64,000 nucleotides of DNA, from the NCBI GenBank assembly GCA_016206155.1, contig JACQSC010000004.1, positions 217,910 to 281,909 on the forward strand, written 5' to 3'. Made by a program: the position numbers and the translations under genes. The notes under the pieces were generated by a model, which saw only the letters and a program-made list of their open reading frames with translations, made no database searches and had not been told where the DNA came from. This document shows positions 63,600-64,000 of the stretch, one piece after another (the stretch's first letter is position 1; the number at the start of each line of letters is the position of its first letter). Source of the stretch: Candidatus Uhrbacteria bacterium (GTDB lineage Bacteria > Patescibacteriota > Patescibacteriia > JACQRZ01).

Positions 63600-64000
63600 C
63601 TAAATGATTATCTCTTTTTGAATGCGTGTGATGGATACGGTTTTTCGCGTCTCCGAATCAATCGCAAGCAGGATACTATTAAACACCGTCAAGCCCGACT
63701 CCGCTATCTCAAAGTGGCTGGGCATTCGGGTGAGAAAGCGTTTAATGCCGCTCTCATAGGTAACCCCAATCAATGTGTCGCGCACACCAATCATCCCCGT
63801 GTCGGACTGGAACCCTGTTCCTCCCGGCAAGATCCGCTCATCTGCGGTTGGTACATGGGTGTGGGTCCCTACTACCGCGGACACACGTCCATCGCTATAC
63901 AGGGCTACCGCATGCTTTTCGCTTGTCGTCTCCGCATGGATGTCAACGATAATGCCGGCAAGGGGAGTCGTGCGGTACTTTTCAAGGATGGCGTCAAGTG
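63600..64000 (-). CDS. YmdB-family metallophosphoesterase, partial (5' end outside the window)
   Basis: VDIHAETTSEK...VSAVVGTHTHVPTADERILPGGT...DTGM. Confidence 0.9.
   Translation of the reverse strand, partial: LDAILEKYRTTPLAGIIVDIHAETTSEKHAVALYSDGRVSAVVGTHTHVPTADERILPGGTGFQSDTGMIGVRDTLIGVTYESGIKRFLTRMPSHFEIAESGLTVFNSILLAIDSETRKTVSITRIQKEIII

Overview
A 64-kb chromosomal segment of a bacterium that looks like Patescibacteria/CPR, probably Parcubacteria/ABY1-like. This is inferred from gene content, many leaderless-type promoters, tRNAs without encoded CCA and an extended S6. TAA, TAG and TGA all act as stops, so genetic code 11. The housekeeping backbone is zwf-gnd-tkt, a glycosyltransferase/PGI-PMI cluster, ruvA, rpoBC, ftsK-rodZ-recA, efp, rpsF-ssb-rpsR, a flippase, a SpoIID-like protein, pilT, polX, HU and three tRNAs. 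Two paralog arrays interrupt it. (1) 15.9-28.4 kb is a surface locus: cupredoxin, presenilin-type GxGD protease and orphan solute-binding lipoprotein, then 11 TrbC/VirB2-like pilin genes punctuated by a RAYT transposase and a RelBE module, facing an STT3/AglB-like glycosyltransferase. (2) 53.1-61.3 kb holds five copies of a Cys-rich zinc-ribbon gene (two full length, three internally deleted). They alternate strictly with five different two-gene toxin-antitoxin(-like) modules, each with its own sigma70 promoter at the stop codon of the Cys-rich gene. This second array is the best candidate for an undescribed system. Several families of palindromic mini-elements (some in-frame inside genes) and 7-bp-period tandem repeats are scattered throughout. 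All family assignments come from motif recognition by eye, not database searches.
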